Source: Candidatus Bathyarchaeota archaeon (GTDB lineage Archaea > Thermoproteota > Bathyarchaeia > Bathyarchaeales > Bathycorpusculaceae). Taken from it: a stretch of DNA of 64,000 bases. Shown here piece by piece: positions 27,890 through 38,772 of the stretch. The stretch lies in the NCBI GenBank assembly GCA_963772455.1, contig CAVYXJ010000013.1:64001-128000 (forward strand). Reading direction: 5' to 3'. The notes beneath the pieces were generated by a model. The model made no database searches. It saw only the letters and a program-made list of their open reading frames with translations, and was not told the DNA's origin. The position numbers and the translations under genes are program-made. Every line of letters begins with the position of its first letter. Within the stretch, counting starts at the first letter, position 1.

Positions 27890-29011
27890 CTAAAGCTTTT
27901 CCAACGCGTCAACTATTTTCTCTTTTATCCCATTCTGTTTTAGCGTATCTTTTAGTATGTTTATAGTCTTTACAGGTGTTGGGTCAACTCCGCGCACCAC
28001 GGCTAAGTAGACGCTTATAAAATCACCGACAAGTATGGTTGAGAGCATCTTTGCCAAAGAGCTTTTGCCCTGCACTTCCAAGTCAAACATTATAAAACCC
28101 GCTTTTTCCATGATTTGCTTAGTGATTTCAATTCGACTCTCAATTTCCACCGGTTCATCGGCATCACGGATGAATATTACTGAGAACCATTTGCACTGTT
28201 CACCCCTGCCTTCCCAACCAACAATCTCATTATGATCCAGTTCTGGGAAATATTCCCATTTGGCTGCAGATTTGCTGTTCTCGTTAAACTGCTGCTTAAA
28301 CCGCTGGGCAACACCGCGGTAGAACCCAAACCCGTAAACTACGGGCGTAGATTCATCGATGTATTGGGCAACGTTTTTTGCAAAGTTCTCATTCGTTGGC
28401 TTTTGAGGCGAGTTGTCATCACTGATTTTTTCAAGAAGACTAAACGCTTCGTTTAGCTCTTGAGTCACGCCTTTAACTAACCTTGCTTTCTCCATGTAAA
28501 CCAGAAGCGGCACAAGCATATACGGCAAGGCTGCACGCGGAGGCATTCCAGCGGGAACCTGCAGGTGGGGCACTTTGTGCTTCTGAGCGTACTTGATGAG
28601 TGCGCCGCCACTGCTAATGCAGTAAATCATGCATTTGCGTTTGAGGGCATCGAGAAAGCTGCTCAGAGTTTCTTCGGTGTCGCCCGAATAACTCGTGATG
28701 AAAACCAGCGTTTTCTTGTTCGCGTACGCTGGCAACTTGTATTCTCTGCTAATCTCGATAGGTACGGTTAACTGGGTTTTTGCCCAGTCTTTAAGTAAGT
28801 CGCCGCCGATGGCTGAACCGCCCAAACCTGCCACTACAATATTGCTGGGCTTGGGGTAATCCACAATAATTCTGTCGGCGATTTTTGCGGCTTCGCGGTA
28901 ATGTTTAGAAGCGTTAACAGAAAAATTCAGCATACCGCTTTTATCGACTGCATTTATTCTTTCAACGTTATCTAAAAGCGCTGTTGGCAACTTGGGTCCT
29001 CCAAATAACAC
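27890..29011 (-). CDS. Bifunctional phosphoglucose/phosphomannose isomerase
   Basis: GLGGSAIGGD, SYSGDTEET, PPRAA, NENSK, PELDHNEI. Confidence 0.93.
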   Translation of the reverse strand: MLFGGPKLPTALLDNVERINAVDKSGMLNFSVNASKHYREAAKIADRIIVDYPKPSNIVVAGLGGSAIGGDLLKDWAKTQLTVPIEISREYKLPAYANKKTLVFITSYSGDTEETLSSFLDALKRKCMIYCISSGGALIKYAQKHKVPHLQVPAGMPPRAALPYMLVPLLVYMEKARLVKGVTQELNEAFSLLEKISDDNSPQKPTNENFAKNVAQYIDESTPVVYGFGFYRGVAQRFKQQFNENSKSAAKWEYFPELDHNEIVGWEGRGEQCKWFSVIFIRDADEPVEIESRIEITKQIMEKAGFIMFDLEVQGKSSLAKMLSTILVGDFISVYLAVVRGVDPTPVKTINILKDTLKQNGIKEKIVDALEKL

Positions 29012-29080
29012 GCAGTTTTATATCTCATCCCTGCCTTTTAAGCACACCGCAGACAAGTAAGCGTTGAGGGAAAGGGCAGC

Positions 29081-29932
29081 ATGAATAGAAAGAAACTTTC
29101 GATCGCAATTCCGGCATCTACAATATCTGACACTCCGCATCCAAGGGAGAAAACAGCTAAAATCGGGTTGATTGGGCGGGCAGCGGCGATTTTTCGAGTG
29201 GATGAAATAATAGTTTACCCCGACAACAACGAGGTGGACCAGCGTAGGCACCTAGATTATATTGCTCTTATACTCAACTACTTGGAAACCCCTCAGTACC
29301 TTCGAAAGGCGCTCTTCAAACTTGATCCGGATTTGGAGTTTGCGGGAATTCTGCCTCCATTACGTACTCCGCATCATCCTTTGAGCGGTAAAACTAAGCA
29401 TTTGCAAGTTGGCGAGTATCGTGAAGGCTTGATTTTGTCTGAGGTTAAAGAGGGGTTAGTTGTGGATATTGGTGTTCAGCAACCAGCTCTTTTGAGACAA
29501 AAACAGTTTGCCGTTGGCAACCGCTTAACCCTGCAAATTGTTAATGTTGGCAAACAGATTGAAGTTCAAGCTGCAAACCGCGAGGATGTTCCACAATATT
29601 GGGGTTATAACGTTCGCGTTGAGAAGCGTTCTTTTGGTCAATTAATGTTTGATAGGGATTTTGATTTGAAAATTGCTACGGCAAAGATAGGTGACAATTT
29701 CATTGATGTTGCCAACAAAATAAATGCGAAATGGCGGAGCAGCCAAAATGTCTTAGTAGCGTTTGGTGCGCCAACCCGAGGATTACATGAAATCGCCGAA
29801 GATGAAGGCTTAAAACTGGGAAGCATCGCAGATTTTGTGGTTAACATGGTGCCTAATCAAGGAACTTTGACCGTTCGCACAGAAGAGGCGCTTTTTGCTT
29901 CCTTAGCCATTCTAAACATACATTTCAACTGA
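29081..29932 (+). CDS. SPOUT-family RNA methyltransferase (DUF171/MTH1-like)
   Basis: IGRAAAIFRVDEI, YLETPQYLRK, GILPPLRTPHH, PNQGTLTVRTEEA. Confidence 0.9.
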   Translation: MNRKKLSIAIPASTISDTPHPREKTAKIGLIGRAAAIFRVDEIIVYPDNNEVDQRRHLDYIALILNYLETPQYLRKALFKLDPDLEFAGILPPLRTPHHPLSGKTKHLQVGEYREGLILSEVKEGLVVDIGVQQPALLRQKQFAVGNRLTLQIVNVGKQIEVQAANREDVPQYWGYNVRVEKRSFGQLMFDRDFDLKIATAKIGDNFIDVANKINAKWRSSQNVLVAFGAPTRGLHEIAEDEGLKLGSIADFVVNMVPNQGTLTVRTEEALFASLAILNIHFN

Positions 29933-29986
29933 CGTTTTTTACTCTAAGTTTTTTAGATGTTTTGGCTAAAGGCATAAAAGCCTCTT

Positions 29987-31124
29987 TTGTTTATTGTGGA
30001 GTCTATGCCCTCTCTTGACCTTGCCATGCCAACTGCGCTTTTGATTGTAGTGATCGTTGCCATGTTCTTAAATAAGCGAGCTGAAGGTAAATTGGCGGCG
30101 ACAGTCGAGCAGAAAGAATTCAAGACCCGAGACATCATTCTTCTAGTTATCTTCATAGCAATTGCAATTTCAGTGATCGCTGTCACTTCAATGCTAAACC
30201 TAGGAGAAATCTTCCCAAACATCCTCATGATAGTTTTCCTATCCTCCTACACTATGCTCCTATTTACCTTTGCACTCGTTTTCTCCAACCTGACCAGAAT
30301 TCGGGTGCAATTACTCTCAACAGGATTCGGAATCATAAGCTTGATTGCAGGGGTAGCTAGCCTTCTTGGTCAGCTGGCTGATGCCTATACAATCTATAGA
30401 GCAATTGCGTTTTTTGTGCTCACAGCATTATGCTTCGGAGTAGTAGTTTATGAACAAAAAAATGTTATCTCAAAGACACGGTGGTATTTGGCTGCTCAAC
30501 CACCAGCAATATTTGTCTTACTTGTTCGCATTCTTCAATGTTGCATATGGAGGGACTGTCAGCGTTTGGTTCCCAATCCTAATGGATGTATTCGGATTCA
30601 CATTCGCTATTTTAATCATAATGTATCTTTCATCCATGTTTAACTGGAAAACAGTGGGAATTTTTGCAGTGCTACTAACTATACTAGATGTCATACTGGT
30701 CTTTAGTGGACCAATGGTGACAGCGGCACGCACATTCACTGGACTGGGTCTTCCAGTTCTGGTTTACCTGCCAAACTTCCCAGTTATACTAAACCAAGCA
30801 GGCGAAATTGGACTCCGCGGGCTAGGCCTTGGCGACTTCTTCTTTGCGGGGATTCTCGCCGTCCAAACATTCAAGCAGTTCGGCAAAAGAACCGGAATCA
30901 TAACGGCTGTTGCAATGGCTTTAGCTTTTGGAATTTGGGAAGCCTTTTTACCTGAAATAACAAAGTATTTCAATATAGGAGGTTTCCCTGCGACTGTGTG
31001 CATCATTACCGGTTGGTTACCAATCGTCGCATGGAAACTGCTAACTACAAGAAACCAACCTAAATCCATTCCACTTGTTGAACAAACCGGGCAACCAGTC
31101 GAGCCGCCACCAAATTCCCAATAA
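29987..31124 (+). CDS. Presenilin/signal-peptide-peptidase family intramembrane aspartyl protease (one apparent +1 frameshift ~30520)
   Basis: Two overlapping multi-TM ORFs; ILDV (YD-equivalent), GLGDF and PAT (PAL-like) motifs. Confidence 0.8.
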
Positions 31125-31218
31125 ATTTATCACATCACAATTAAAAAAAACGCTAATTTTAATATAAAGTAAAATATTTTTGGGAAAAAATAAAATATAA
31201 AATAAAGTAAGGCTTATT

Positions 31219-31536
31219 TTACCCGAATAGGGCGCCTAATCCTTCTAGTGCTGCATCTTCCTTGGCTTTCTCTTCTTCAGCTTTCTTCTTCTTGTCTTCT
31301 GGTGCGGCTGCTGCTGGTTTTGCTTCTCCTGCTGGAGCGATTGGAGCTGCTGCCATCATAGCTGGTGCGGCTTTGATTGCTTCTTCAATGTTTACTTCAC
31401 TGAGTGATGCAACGAGTGCCTTTACTTGTATAGGGTCAACGGTGACGCCTGCTGCTGTGAGAACTTTTGTTACTGATTCTTCGTTAATTTCTTTTCCTGC
31501 CTTGTGAAGGAGCATTGCTGCGTAAATATTTTCCAT
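31219..31536 (-). CDS. rpl12: 50S ribosomal protein P1/L12 (archaeal stalk)
   Basis: [19 protein letters not shown]...Ala-rich hinge...EGLGALFG. Confidence 0.97.
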   Translation of the reverse strand: MENIYAAMLLHKAGKEINEESVTKVLTAAGVTVDPIQVKALVASLSEVNIEEAIKAAPAMMAAAPIAPAGEAKPAAAAPEDKKKKAEEEKAKEDAALEGLGALFG

Positions 31537-31811
31537 ACTTTTTCACCTCTCAATTGCACTATTTTTAACTTTTTTATTGGTCTGATCCGCTTCGAATTTG
31601 AAGCTGATCGTTACCTGAAATGGCAGTTTTATCCGCCGTTTTCTTGCCGTTTAACAGAATACCCGATGCCTTATGAACCTTTCGTACATGCATTATACAA
31701 GTCTAAAGTCATATTTTTCGTTATAGATTCAAAATAAAATATTGTGAGTCACCAATAACATTATCTTGAAGAACAAACCACAAATGCGCATAGCTTGCAG
31801 GTCATGAGACA

Positions 31812-32783
31812 ATGGGAAACATTACAGTAGCCATCCTAGGACCAGTAGATTACGGCAGTAACCTTGCCAAAAAAGGAACATCAACAGATATAACTCTCTA
31901 TAACCTAAAAAAAGGCGAAGACACCGTAACCTTCATCGAACCCACAAGATACCCTGAACGATTGGCGCCATTGTTCTATGCTTGTGCCTTGGCAAAAAAA
32001 GCCATAGTTGTCGTAGATGAGATAAACGCCACTTTTGGCGAGCAACTTGTAATGCTTCAATGCAGCGACATAAAAACTGGTTATATAATCCTGAGGAACT
32101 ATGTTCCGAAAGAAAAAATTGAAGCGCTCATAAAAGGAACAAACTTGGAAAAATTTGAAATCATAGCGGATGACCCAAACGTTCTACGTGAAAAACTGTT
32201 GGTGGAAGCTTCCCAACACAAACCAGTTGAACTTCAAGCTGGACAGCAAGCAATCGGATCGGTGCCGGTAGATCATGCTTTCAACGTTAAAGGCGTTGGA
32301 GTAGTAATTCTCGGAATCGTGGTTTACGGTGTAGTTCAGAAGCATGCAACACTCAATGTTCTTCCAGCCATCAAAACCGCCCAGGTCCGTTCCATCCAAA
32401 AACACGACGAAGAATTCGACCTTGCATGGGAAGGCGACCGCGTTGGATTAGCTTTAAAAAATGTTGAAGTGGAAAACTTGGATCGCGGAACCGTCTTAAC
32501 AAATGACCCTGCAATCAAAACTTCAACTACATTAAACACGCAGGCAACGCTTGTCAAATATTGGCAAACACCCATCAAGCCAGGCATGGTTATGCATGTT
32601 GGTCACTGGACGCAGTTCATAACCGCAAAAGTAGACACTGTATCTGACGCAGGCGACTGGAAAAAACCGACCCTAACCTTAACGCTTGATAAACCACTCG
32701 TCCACCGCCCAAACGATAAAGCTGTACTGATGTATTTGGAAGGAGCTAAACTTCGTATAGCTGGAACCATAGATCTGCTATAG
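31812..32783 (+). CDS. SelB/EF-Tu-like protein with degenerate G domain
   Basis: KKGTSTDIT, VDHAFNVKGVGVVILG, VRSIQKHD, GDRVGLALK; no GxxxxGKT. Confidence 0.8.
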   Translation: MGNITVAILGPVDYGSNLAKKGTSTDITLYNLKKGEDTVTFIEPTRYPERLAPLFYACALAKKAIVVVDEINATFGEQLVMLQCSDIKTGYIILRNYVPKEKIEALIKGTNLEKFEIIADDPNVLREKLLVEASQHKPVELQAGQQAIGSVPVDHAFNVKGVGVVILGIVVYGVVQKHATLNVLPAIKTAQVRSIQKHDEEFDLAWEGDRVGLALKNVEVENLDRGTVLTNDPAIKTSTTLNTQATLVKYWQTPIKPGMVMHVGHWTQFITAKVDTVSDAGDWKKPTLTLTLDKPLVHRPNDKAVLMYLEGAKLRIAGTIDLL

Positions 32784-32877
32784 GTCCTATTCAAGTCTCC
32801 AAAGCAGCAAGACAAAAAGTCGTTTGGATAAACCTATTTATCTACTTTTTTAGTATTTTTCTAAGAGGTATCTTATT

Positions 32878-33396
32878 TTGGCGCTACGTGTTTTCGAAAT
32901 TGTCGATAAGTTAAGAATACGAGTTACGCGTTTGTTGAGGCGAAGAAGACGAGAAATCAACATAGACGTCTTTGCAAATCCTGAGAAATACCTGATTTGC
33001 TTGCCGATTGAAAAACTCGTAGCCGACACAAAAGTCGACCCGGAAGCTATAGAGATGTATAAGAAGAAGATTCAAAACGGAGAGAAAATTGCGCCTTTAA
33101 TCGTAATTAAACATCCAAAATTTGAGGAATACGCAGTTCTGGACGGTCACCATCGATACTATGCTCTTTTAGAAACAGGCACGAAAATGGTCAATTGCGC
33201 CCTCGCAGGAGATTTCTCAAGCGTAATTTTTTATATGACTGAACACGGTTATTTTCAACCAAAACCAGAAACCAAAGAAGAAAATCAAAAGAAGATTATA
33301 CACTTGCATGAAAATGTCCAAGATTTTCTTCAAAATTTCCTAAAAGACCCAAATAAACTAAAAACGCCAAAGAGAGAAAACAAACCTGACACTTAA
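32878..33396 (+). CDS. ParB/Srx-like domain protein
   Basis: PLIV...VLDGHHRYYA motif. Confidence 0.8.
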   Translation: MALRVFEIVDKLRIRVTRLLRRRRREINIDVFANPEKYLICLPIEKLVADTKVDPEAIEMYKKKIQNGEKIAPLIVIKHPKFEEYAVLDGHHRYYALLETGTKMVNCALAGDFSSVIFYMTEHGYFQPKPETKEENQKKIIHLHENVQDFLQNFLKDPNKLKTPKRENKPDT

Positions 33397-33626
33397 TTAA
33401 CGAATTTACCTATGAATTAATATTTTTTGTTAGCACCTTTAGCGGAAAAGAAGACGTGCCTTTTTCGCCGATTGCAAAAGTATGGATGAATTCATGGAAA
33501 TTCTCAGAAAAACAGTGGAAGAAACGAAAACGGCGAAAAAGAAAAACTGGAATCGCTACAGAGACTTCAGCGGTTTGTTCCAGTAGACACAAATTCTTAA
33601 AGCAAGCTGTCACAAATAGGTTTACT

Positions 33627-34229
33627 ATGTCTGAGATACGAAATTTTGTTTACCAGAGGATAGGGGCAGCCTCCGGAATAATATCGCCTATAGTTGCATT
33701 CGTCTGCATCCTGACCGCGATTGCATCCTACCCTACATTCAGTTGGACAAACAACGCCTTAAGCGATTTAGGTGTAGTTTCAGGCATAACTTCTTCTCTT
33801 TTCAACTTTGGGCTCCTTGCCAGTGGAATTTTAGCCTTCAACTTTTCAATATTCGGCTTATTCACTTACTCAGGGAGAAGTGGTGTTGGAAAAATAGGTT
33901 CAGCAGTCTTTGCAGCTGCAACCCTAGCACTAATTGGCATCAGTGTCTTTAACGAGAATTTTTCTCCAGTACACTATATTGTTTCCGTAGCGTTCTTCAC
34001 ATTGGCGCCGATTGCTCTTTTCATCTTAACTTTTGGTTTTTGGCTCAATCACCAACGCGAAACAGCGGTTTTCACTGTCGCGGTTGGGGTTGCGGCAGCA
34101 TTGCCATGGCTTCTGTTATTCGCATTTAATTATGTACCTAACGTAGCAATTCCCGAGTTCTTATCTGCTCTTGCTATTTCAGTCTGGGCAATGTTGCTCG
34201 GCAAAAAGATGTTAAGCCCTAAAGTTTGA
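33627..34229 (+). CDS. DUF998-like membrane protein
   Basis: Start MSEIRN; FSWTNNALSDLG, FN...H...FF, AIPE. Confidence 0.8.
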   Translation: MSEIRNFVYQRIGAASGIISPIVAFVCILTAIASYPTFSWTNNALSDLGVVSGITSSLFNFGLLASGILAFNFSIFGLFTYSGRSGVGKIGSAVFAAATLALIGISVFNENFSPVHYIVSVAFFTLAPIALFILTFGFWLNHQRETAVFTVAVGVAAALPWLLLFAFNYVPNVAIPEFLSALAISVWAMLLGKKMLSPKV

Positions 34230-35220
34230 TGGCGTCAACGTACATTTGTGCACAGCAAAAAGACGAAAAATCCGTATTGTAACCCCTTCTTTTTGCGTAT
34301 TCAACTCCTTCTTCACTTGGGAACGCAATGGCGTCAACTCCCGCTTTCAATGCTAAAACGTCAGCTTCTGCTCGGCTTCTACCTTTAGGACGCATGCATC
34401 CTAAAATAAGGGGGGTTTCCGGAAACATTAGCCTTGCCAACGCAGCAACTTTAGATATATCGACTGGTTTGGGGGGCGGTGTTTTTGCCATAGCTGTTCC
34501 AAGGATAGGCATGAACGCAATTATCACAAGCGCAGATGGCTTAATCTTCTGTATCATTTGGAGCGCCTGAATTTCCCCGTCGAGTTTGCCATCGTTTAAC
34601 CCAACGATAACGTGGGGAACGATGTTTAATTTTGCTTCTTGAAGCACCTTGAGTGAATTGGCGTAATCTTTGATTGTTACTTTGAGGTTGTATATTTTCT
34701 CTACTGTTTCAGCTGAGCCAATAACATCGATTAAAGCGGCGTCAATGCAAGCTTTCTTGAGTGCGACAGCAGTTTCCTGCTTGACTATGCCTGTGTGAAC
34801 AAAGACTGTTAAGCTGAGTTCCTGCTTAAGTCGCCCAAGTACAGGTACAAAATCGTTTAAAGGCACTGAGCCGTCCGGTAAGCATCCGCCACTGACAAGG
34901 CACCCTTTAGCGCCGTTTTTCTTCAATTTCAACCCTAAATCAAATAGCCCATCGGGGGTCATTGCCGACTGCATTGTTTCAAGGACTTTGCCTCCGCAAT
35001 GTTTGCAATTCAACGCGCAGGCGTTGCCAGTTATTGATATTGTCGGGAATGAGTTTGTTGAAGAGCAATAATGTTTGGTTTTGTAGTAGGTGAAGCTGGG
35101 AGCGTAAAAACGAATAGTGTTTTGCCTTGGTTTGAGGCTTTCTGAATCCAGTAGAGCGCGAAATTCAGTTTCGTTTAGGCTCCAAAGAGCTCCTGGAGAA
35201 AGATTTTGCATATTTTTCAA
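34219..35220 (-). CDS. Radical SAM protein (biotin-synthase-like archaeal family)
   Basis: CALNCKHC, LVSGG, LGCMRP, C-terminal CC. Confidence 0.88.
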   Translation of the reverse strand: MKNMQNLSPGALWSLNETEFRALLDSESLKPRQNTIRFYAPSFTYYKTKHYCSSTNSFPTISITGNACALNCKHCGGKVLETMQSAMTPDGLFDLGLKLKKNGAKGCLVSGGCLPDGSVPLNDFVPVLGRLKQELSLTVFVHTGIVKQETAVALKKACIDAALIDVIGSAETVEKIYNLKVTIKDYANSLKVLQEAKLNIVPHVIVGLNDGKLDGEIQALQMIQKIKPSALVIIAFMPILGTAMAKTPPPKPVDISKVAALARLMFPETPLILGCMRPKGRSRAEADVLALKAGVDAIAFPSEEGVEYAKRRGYNTDFSSFCCAQMYVDAIKL

Positions 35221-35338
35221 ACGTAAGAATTCTTTGTCTAGCTTAATAGGTTATTCAAATTTCAAAGTGATACATAACTACTCGAAAAAGTTCTGAATCA
35301 GTTAAAAAAAAGAAAAGTTCAAGGCCGCTTTGGAACGC

Positions 35339-38134
35339 TTAAGTGTGATCGTGTTTGCTTAGGTCTTCAGCTTTTTTGCCGAATCGTCTTGAGATAAACT
35401 TACGAATTTCTTCTGCAAAGACAACTATCAATGCCAGTGAGATTAGGTATATCCAATCTGTGAAGCCAAGCGCGGTTGTTCCAAAGACATGTTGCATTAC
35501 CGGTACGTATATCAGGACTGCTAGAATTGAGATTTGTGACACTATGCCTGCGATTATCCATTTGTTGGTTTTGAGGCTGGTTCTAAAAATGGATTGTTTG
35601 CTGGTTCGACAGGCTAAGACGTTTCCTGCTTGCGCCACTACTATACCCGCGAACATCATAGTGACACCTTTGAGGTAGAGTGGGTTTGGTGTTATTCCTT
35701 TTACTCCAAATTGCCAGTCGCTGGGTACAGGCATTCCAATTTGCCATCCGCCTGCGGCCCAAGCGTTTAGGCATCCAATCATTGCGCCTACAGCAATGAT
35801 TACTCCGATGAACACTGAGCGGATAAGGACTCTGCGCGTAAACAACCTTTCTTTGATGCTTCGTGGCGGTTCCTGCATGATTCCTGCTTCTGGGGGTTCA
35901 CGGCTCAACGCTAAGCTGGGAATAACTTCTATTGCTAAATCGATGGCTAACACTTGGACGACGAGTAGCGGCAGAGGAATACCCAATGCTGCATAGAGAA
36001 CGAACGGAATGAGTTCTGCCCAGTTATGGCTGAACACGTAGACAATGAATTTGCGTATATTCTCGTAAATTGCCCTGCCGGACTCAACTGCTTTAACGAT
36101 TGATGCAAAACTGTCATTGAGTAGCACAATGTCTGCGGCTTCCCTTGCAACATCCGTGCCGGAAGCACCCATGGCTACACCGATGTTGGCTTCCTTAAGT
36201 GAAGGCGCATCGTTTGCTCCATCCCCAGTAACTGCAACTATTTCGCCACTTCCCTTGAGAACTTTAACTATCCGAAGCTTCTGTTCAGGGGCAACCCGAG
36301 CGAAAATCACATTACCTTTCTTGACTTCGTCAACTATGGCTTTGTCACTTAAGTCATCAAGGTCAACGCCCCGTATAACTTGCGCAAAGTCCTTTTCAAC
36401 TATGCCGACTTCTTGAGCTATGGCTTGTGCGGTTGGACCATAATCACCTGTGATGATGACAGTTTTTATTCCGGCTTGTTTAGCTTTTTGAACAGCGTTT
36501 TTCACTTCTTTTCTCGGTGGGTCGCGCATTCCTGCTAAACCGACAAAAATAAGGTCTTTTTCGGTTTCTTCATCCTTCTTATAATCGCCTTTTGGAATTT
36601 GTTTGTACGCAACCGCTATAACACGTAGACCTTCATTGGCAAATTCATGGATTCTTGTCTCTATCCAATCCATATTTTCTTGAGTTAAATCTTCTACTTT
36701 ACCATCCACAAAAATTTTGTTGCATAAATCCAAAATGTTTCTTGGGGCACCTTTGGTATAAATCAAAACATTGCCATTTAATGAGTGGACCGTGCTCATT
36801 CGTTTTCGCTCAAAACTGAATGGCAAAATGTCAATAGTAGGTTTCTCAGCGATTAGTTCTTCAATGCTTTGACCATATTTCAAAGCTGCAACCAGAAGTG
36901 CTCCATCGGTTGGGTCACCAATGACGCTCCAATTTTTGTTGCGGTCAGTGGGCGGATCAATTTTAGCGCCATTGCAAAGGGCAGCAATTTCAAGAAGTTT
37001 ATCTAGAGATTTTGTTTCTCCTTCTTTGAGAGGTTGGCCGTTTATTGAGAAGTCGCCTGCTGGCATATAGCCCAAGCCTGAAACTTCGATAATTCTGTCT
37101 TTTACCCAGAGTTTGTTAACGGTCATTTCGCCCTTGGTGATTGTGCCTGTTTTGTCTGTGCAAATTACGGTGACGCTGCCCAACGTTTGCACTGCTGACA
37201 AGCGTTTGACAAGAACGTGTTGTTTAACCATCTTCAGTACGTTGATGGCTAATGCGCTTGAAACTGTAACCTGCAAACCTTCAGGCACACAGCAAACCAT
37301 GACACCGATCATGAAAAGAATACTATTTGCAGGAGGAACATTCAAGAAAATAAGACTAACAATAAAGAAGGCTGTCCCAACAACTACAGCGATAATAAAG
37401 TCATACTTGGCGGTCAAGGCAATTTCTTTTTGCAGAGGGCTATCTTCTTCTTTAATCGTCTGAGTTAAACTGGCGATTTTCCCAAACTGCGTTTCCATGC
37501 CTGTAGCGTAAACAACAGCTTTTCCCTGACCCTTAGCCACGCTTGTGCTCATAAAAACAAGGTCAGGTGCATACAAGTATGCCTTCTCAACTATTTTTAC
37601 TGGTTCAGCAACCCGCGGTTGTGGCTCAGATTCCCCAGTTAAAGGTACGTTATTTGTCCATAAATCAAAAACTTCTAGCAAACGTGCATCTGCGGGTACA
37701 CGGTCGCCTTCTTCCAATTGAACGATATCTCCAGGAACAATCTCTCTTACAGAGATTTTCTTAAGTTCGCCATCTCGGAAAACTTTGGCGTATTCGGGCA
37801 TCCAGCTCTTGAGGGTTTCCATGGCTTTTTCTGCACGCGCTTCCTGGAAGATGCTAACAAAAATGTTGACGAAAACAACTGCAAGAATGATTAAAGCTAG
37901 TTCTGGGCTTCCACTAAAATATGATAAGCCAGCTGCAACAATTAGTAAGATTCCGAACAAATCCTTAAGGTTGCGGATAAACTTGTAAATGAATGGAACT
38001 TGCCTTTTTTCGGATAACTTGTTGTAACCGTATTTTTTGAGCCGTAGCTTAGCTTCTTGACTGGTTAATCCGTTTTCTGATGTGTTTAAGTCGTTAAAAA
38101 CCTCGTTAATCGGCAAAGAAGCAGCTTTTTCCAA
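35339..38134 (-). CDS. P-type cation-transporting ATPase (type II)
   Basis: LTGES, VPEGL, DKTGT, KGAP, DPPR, TGD, TGDGANDAPSLK. Confidence 0.96.
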   Translation of the reverse strand: MEKAASLPINEVFNDLNTSENGLTSQEAKLRLKKYGYNKLSEKRQVPFIYKFIRNLKDLFGILLIVAAGLSYFSGSPELALIILAVVFVNIFVSIFQEARAEKAMETLKSWMPEYAKVFRDGELKKISVREIVPGDIVQLEEGDRVPADARLLEVFDLWTNNVPLTGESEPQPRVAEPVKIVEKAYLYAPDLVFMSTSVAKGQGKAVVYATGMETQFGKIASLTQTIKEEDSPLQKEIALTAKYDFIIAVVVGTAFFIVSLIFLNVPPANSILFMIGVMVCCVPEGLQVTVSSALAINVLKMVKQHVLVKRLSAVQTLGSVTVICTDKTGTITKGEMTVNKLWVKDRIIEVSGLGYMPAGDFSINGQPLKEGETKSLDKLLEIAALCNGAKIDPPTDRNKNWSVIGDPTDGALLVAALKYGQSIEELIAEKPTIDILPFSFERKRMSTVHSLNGNVLIYTKGAPRNILDLCNKIFVDGKVEDLTQENMDWIETRIHEFANEGLRVIAVAYKQIPKGDYKKDEETEKDLIFVGLAGMRDPPRKEVKNAVQKAKQAGIKTVIITGDYGPTAQAIAQEVGIVEKDFAQVIRGVDLDDLSDKAIVDEVKKGNVIFARVAPEQKLRIVKVLKGSGEIVAVTGDGANDAPSLKEANIGVAMGASGTDVAREAADIVLLNDSFASIVKAVESGRAIYENIRKFIVYVFSHNWAELIPFVLYAALGIPLPLLVVQVLAIDLAIEVIPSLALSREPPEAGIMQEPPRSIKERLFTRRVLIRSVFIGVIIAVGAMIGCLNAWAAGGWQIGMPVPSDWQFGVKGITPNPLYLKGVTMMFAGIVVAQAGNVLACRTSKQSIFRTSLKTNKWIIAGIVSQISILAVLIYVPVMQHVFGTTALGFTDWIYLISLALIVVFAEEIRKFISRRFGKKAEDLSKHDHT

Positions 38135-38772
38135 TTTTATTCCGCCAAAACCCCAAGAATATTGCTAGTTAATAACAACCTCGACAATAAGTGAAGATGA
38201 AAGGTGCTAAGGACTCTTTATGTAATATGTTATTTTCCTGAGCATCATTTGGATGATACATTCATATCCTCATCGTTTTAAACTTCATCGTCAATTTTGA
38301 TGGTTTAATTTTAGGTAATTTGTTGGTTGTTGCTTTTAAACTAATCGTAGTTGAAATAGTTTTCAACCAAAAAGAAATCAAAGATAATGGTGTATTGTAT
38401 GCAGAGCGTTTCTTGGTCAATTAATATTTTCTTCTCCTTTAACTTCGAATTATTTGTCCAATAGGAAATAAAATAGATTTATTCTTTTTTGCGAATTAGC
38501 CTTAACCAACTTGCGAATTAACCTAAAGACAGACAATAGAACAATATTCGATAAAAATTAATGCATAATTTTGGGAAAAACCAAGACAAAATTTACTCGA
38601 TACAGCATTTTTAGTATTAATATTTTCAGAAAAATCATTCCATAAAGTTAATAGGCTACAAACTCACTTTCCATGTAGTTTACCATTTCATGAGAGAGTA
38701 AATAATGCTTCAAATACCTAAAATACAGATCTTTCAAGTGAAAAATTCAAATAAATTGGAGATAGATTAATT

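Noticed and set aside
31666-31677. 12-mer ATGCCTTATGAA shared with 63904-63915
   Set aside because: Many 12-mer matches are expected by chance in 64 kb, and the flanks are unrelated.
35355-37988. Numerous short antisense ORFs within the ATPase, EF-2, por and fwd genes
   Set aside because: Shadow ORFs opposite well-supported genes, with no motifs.
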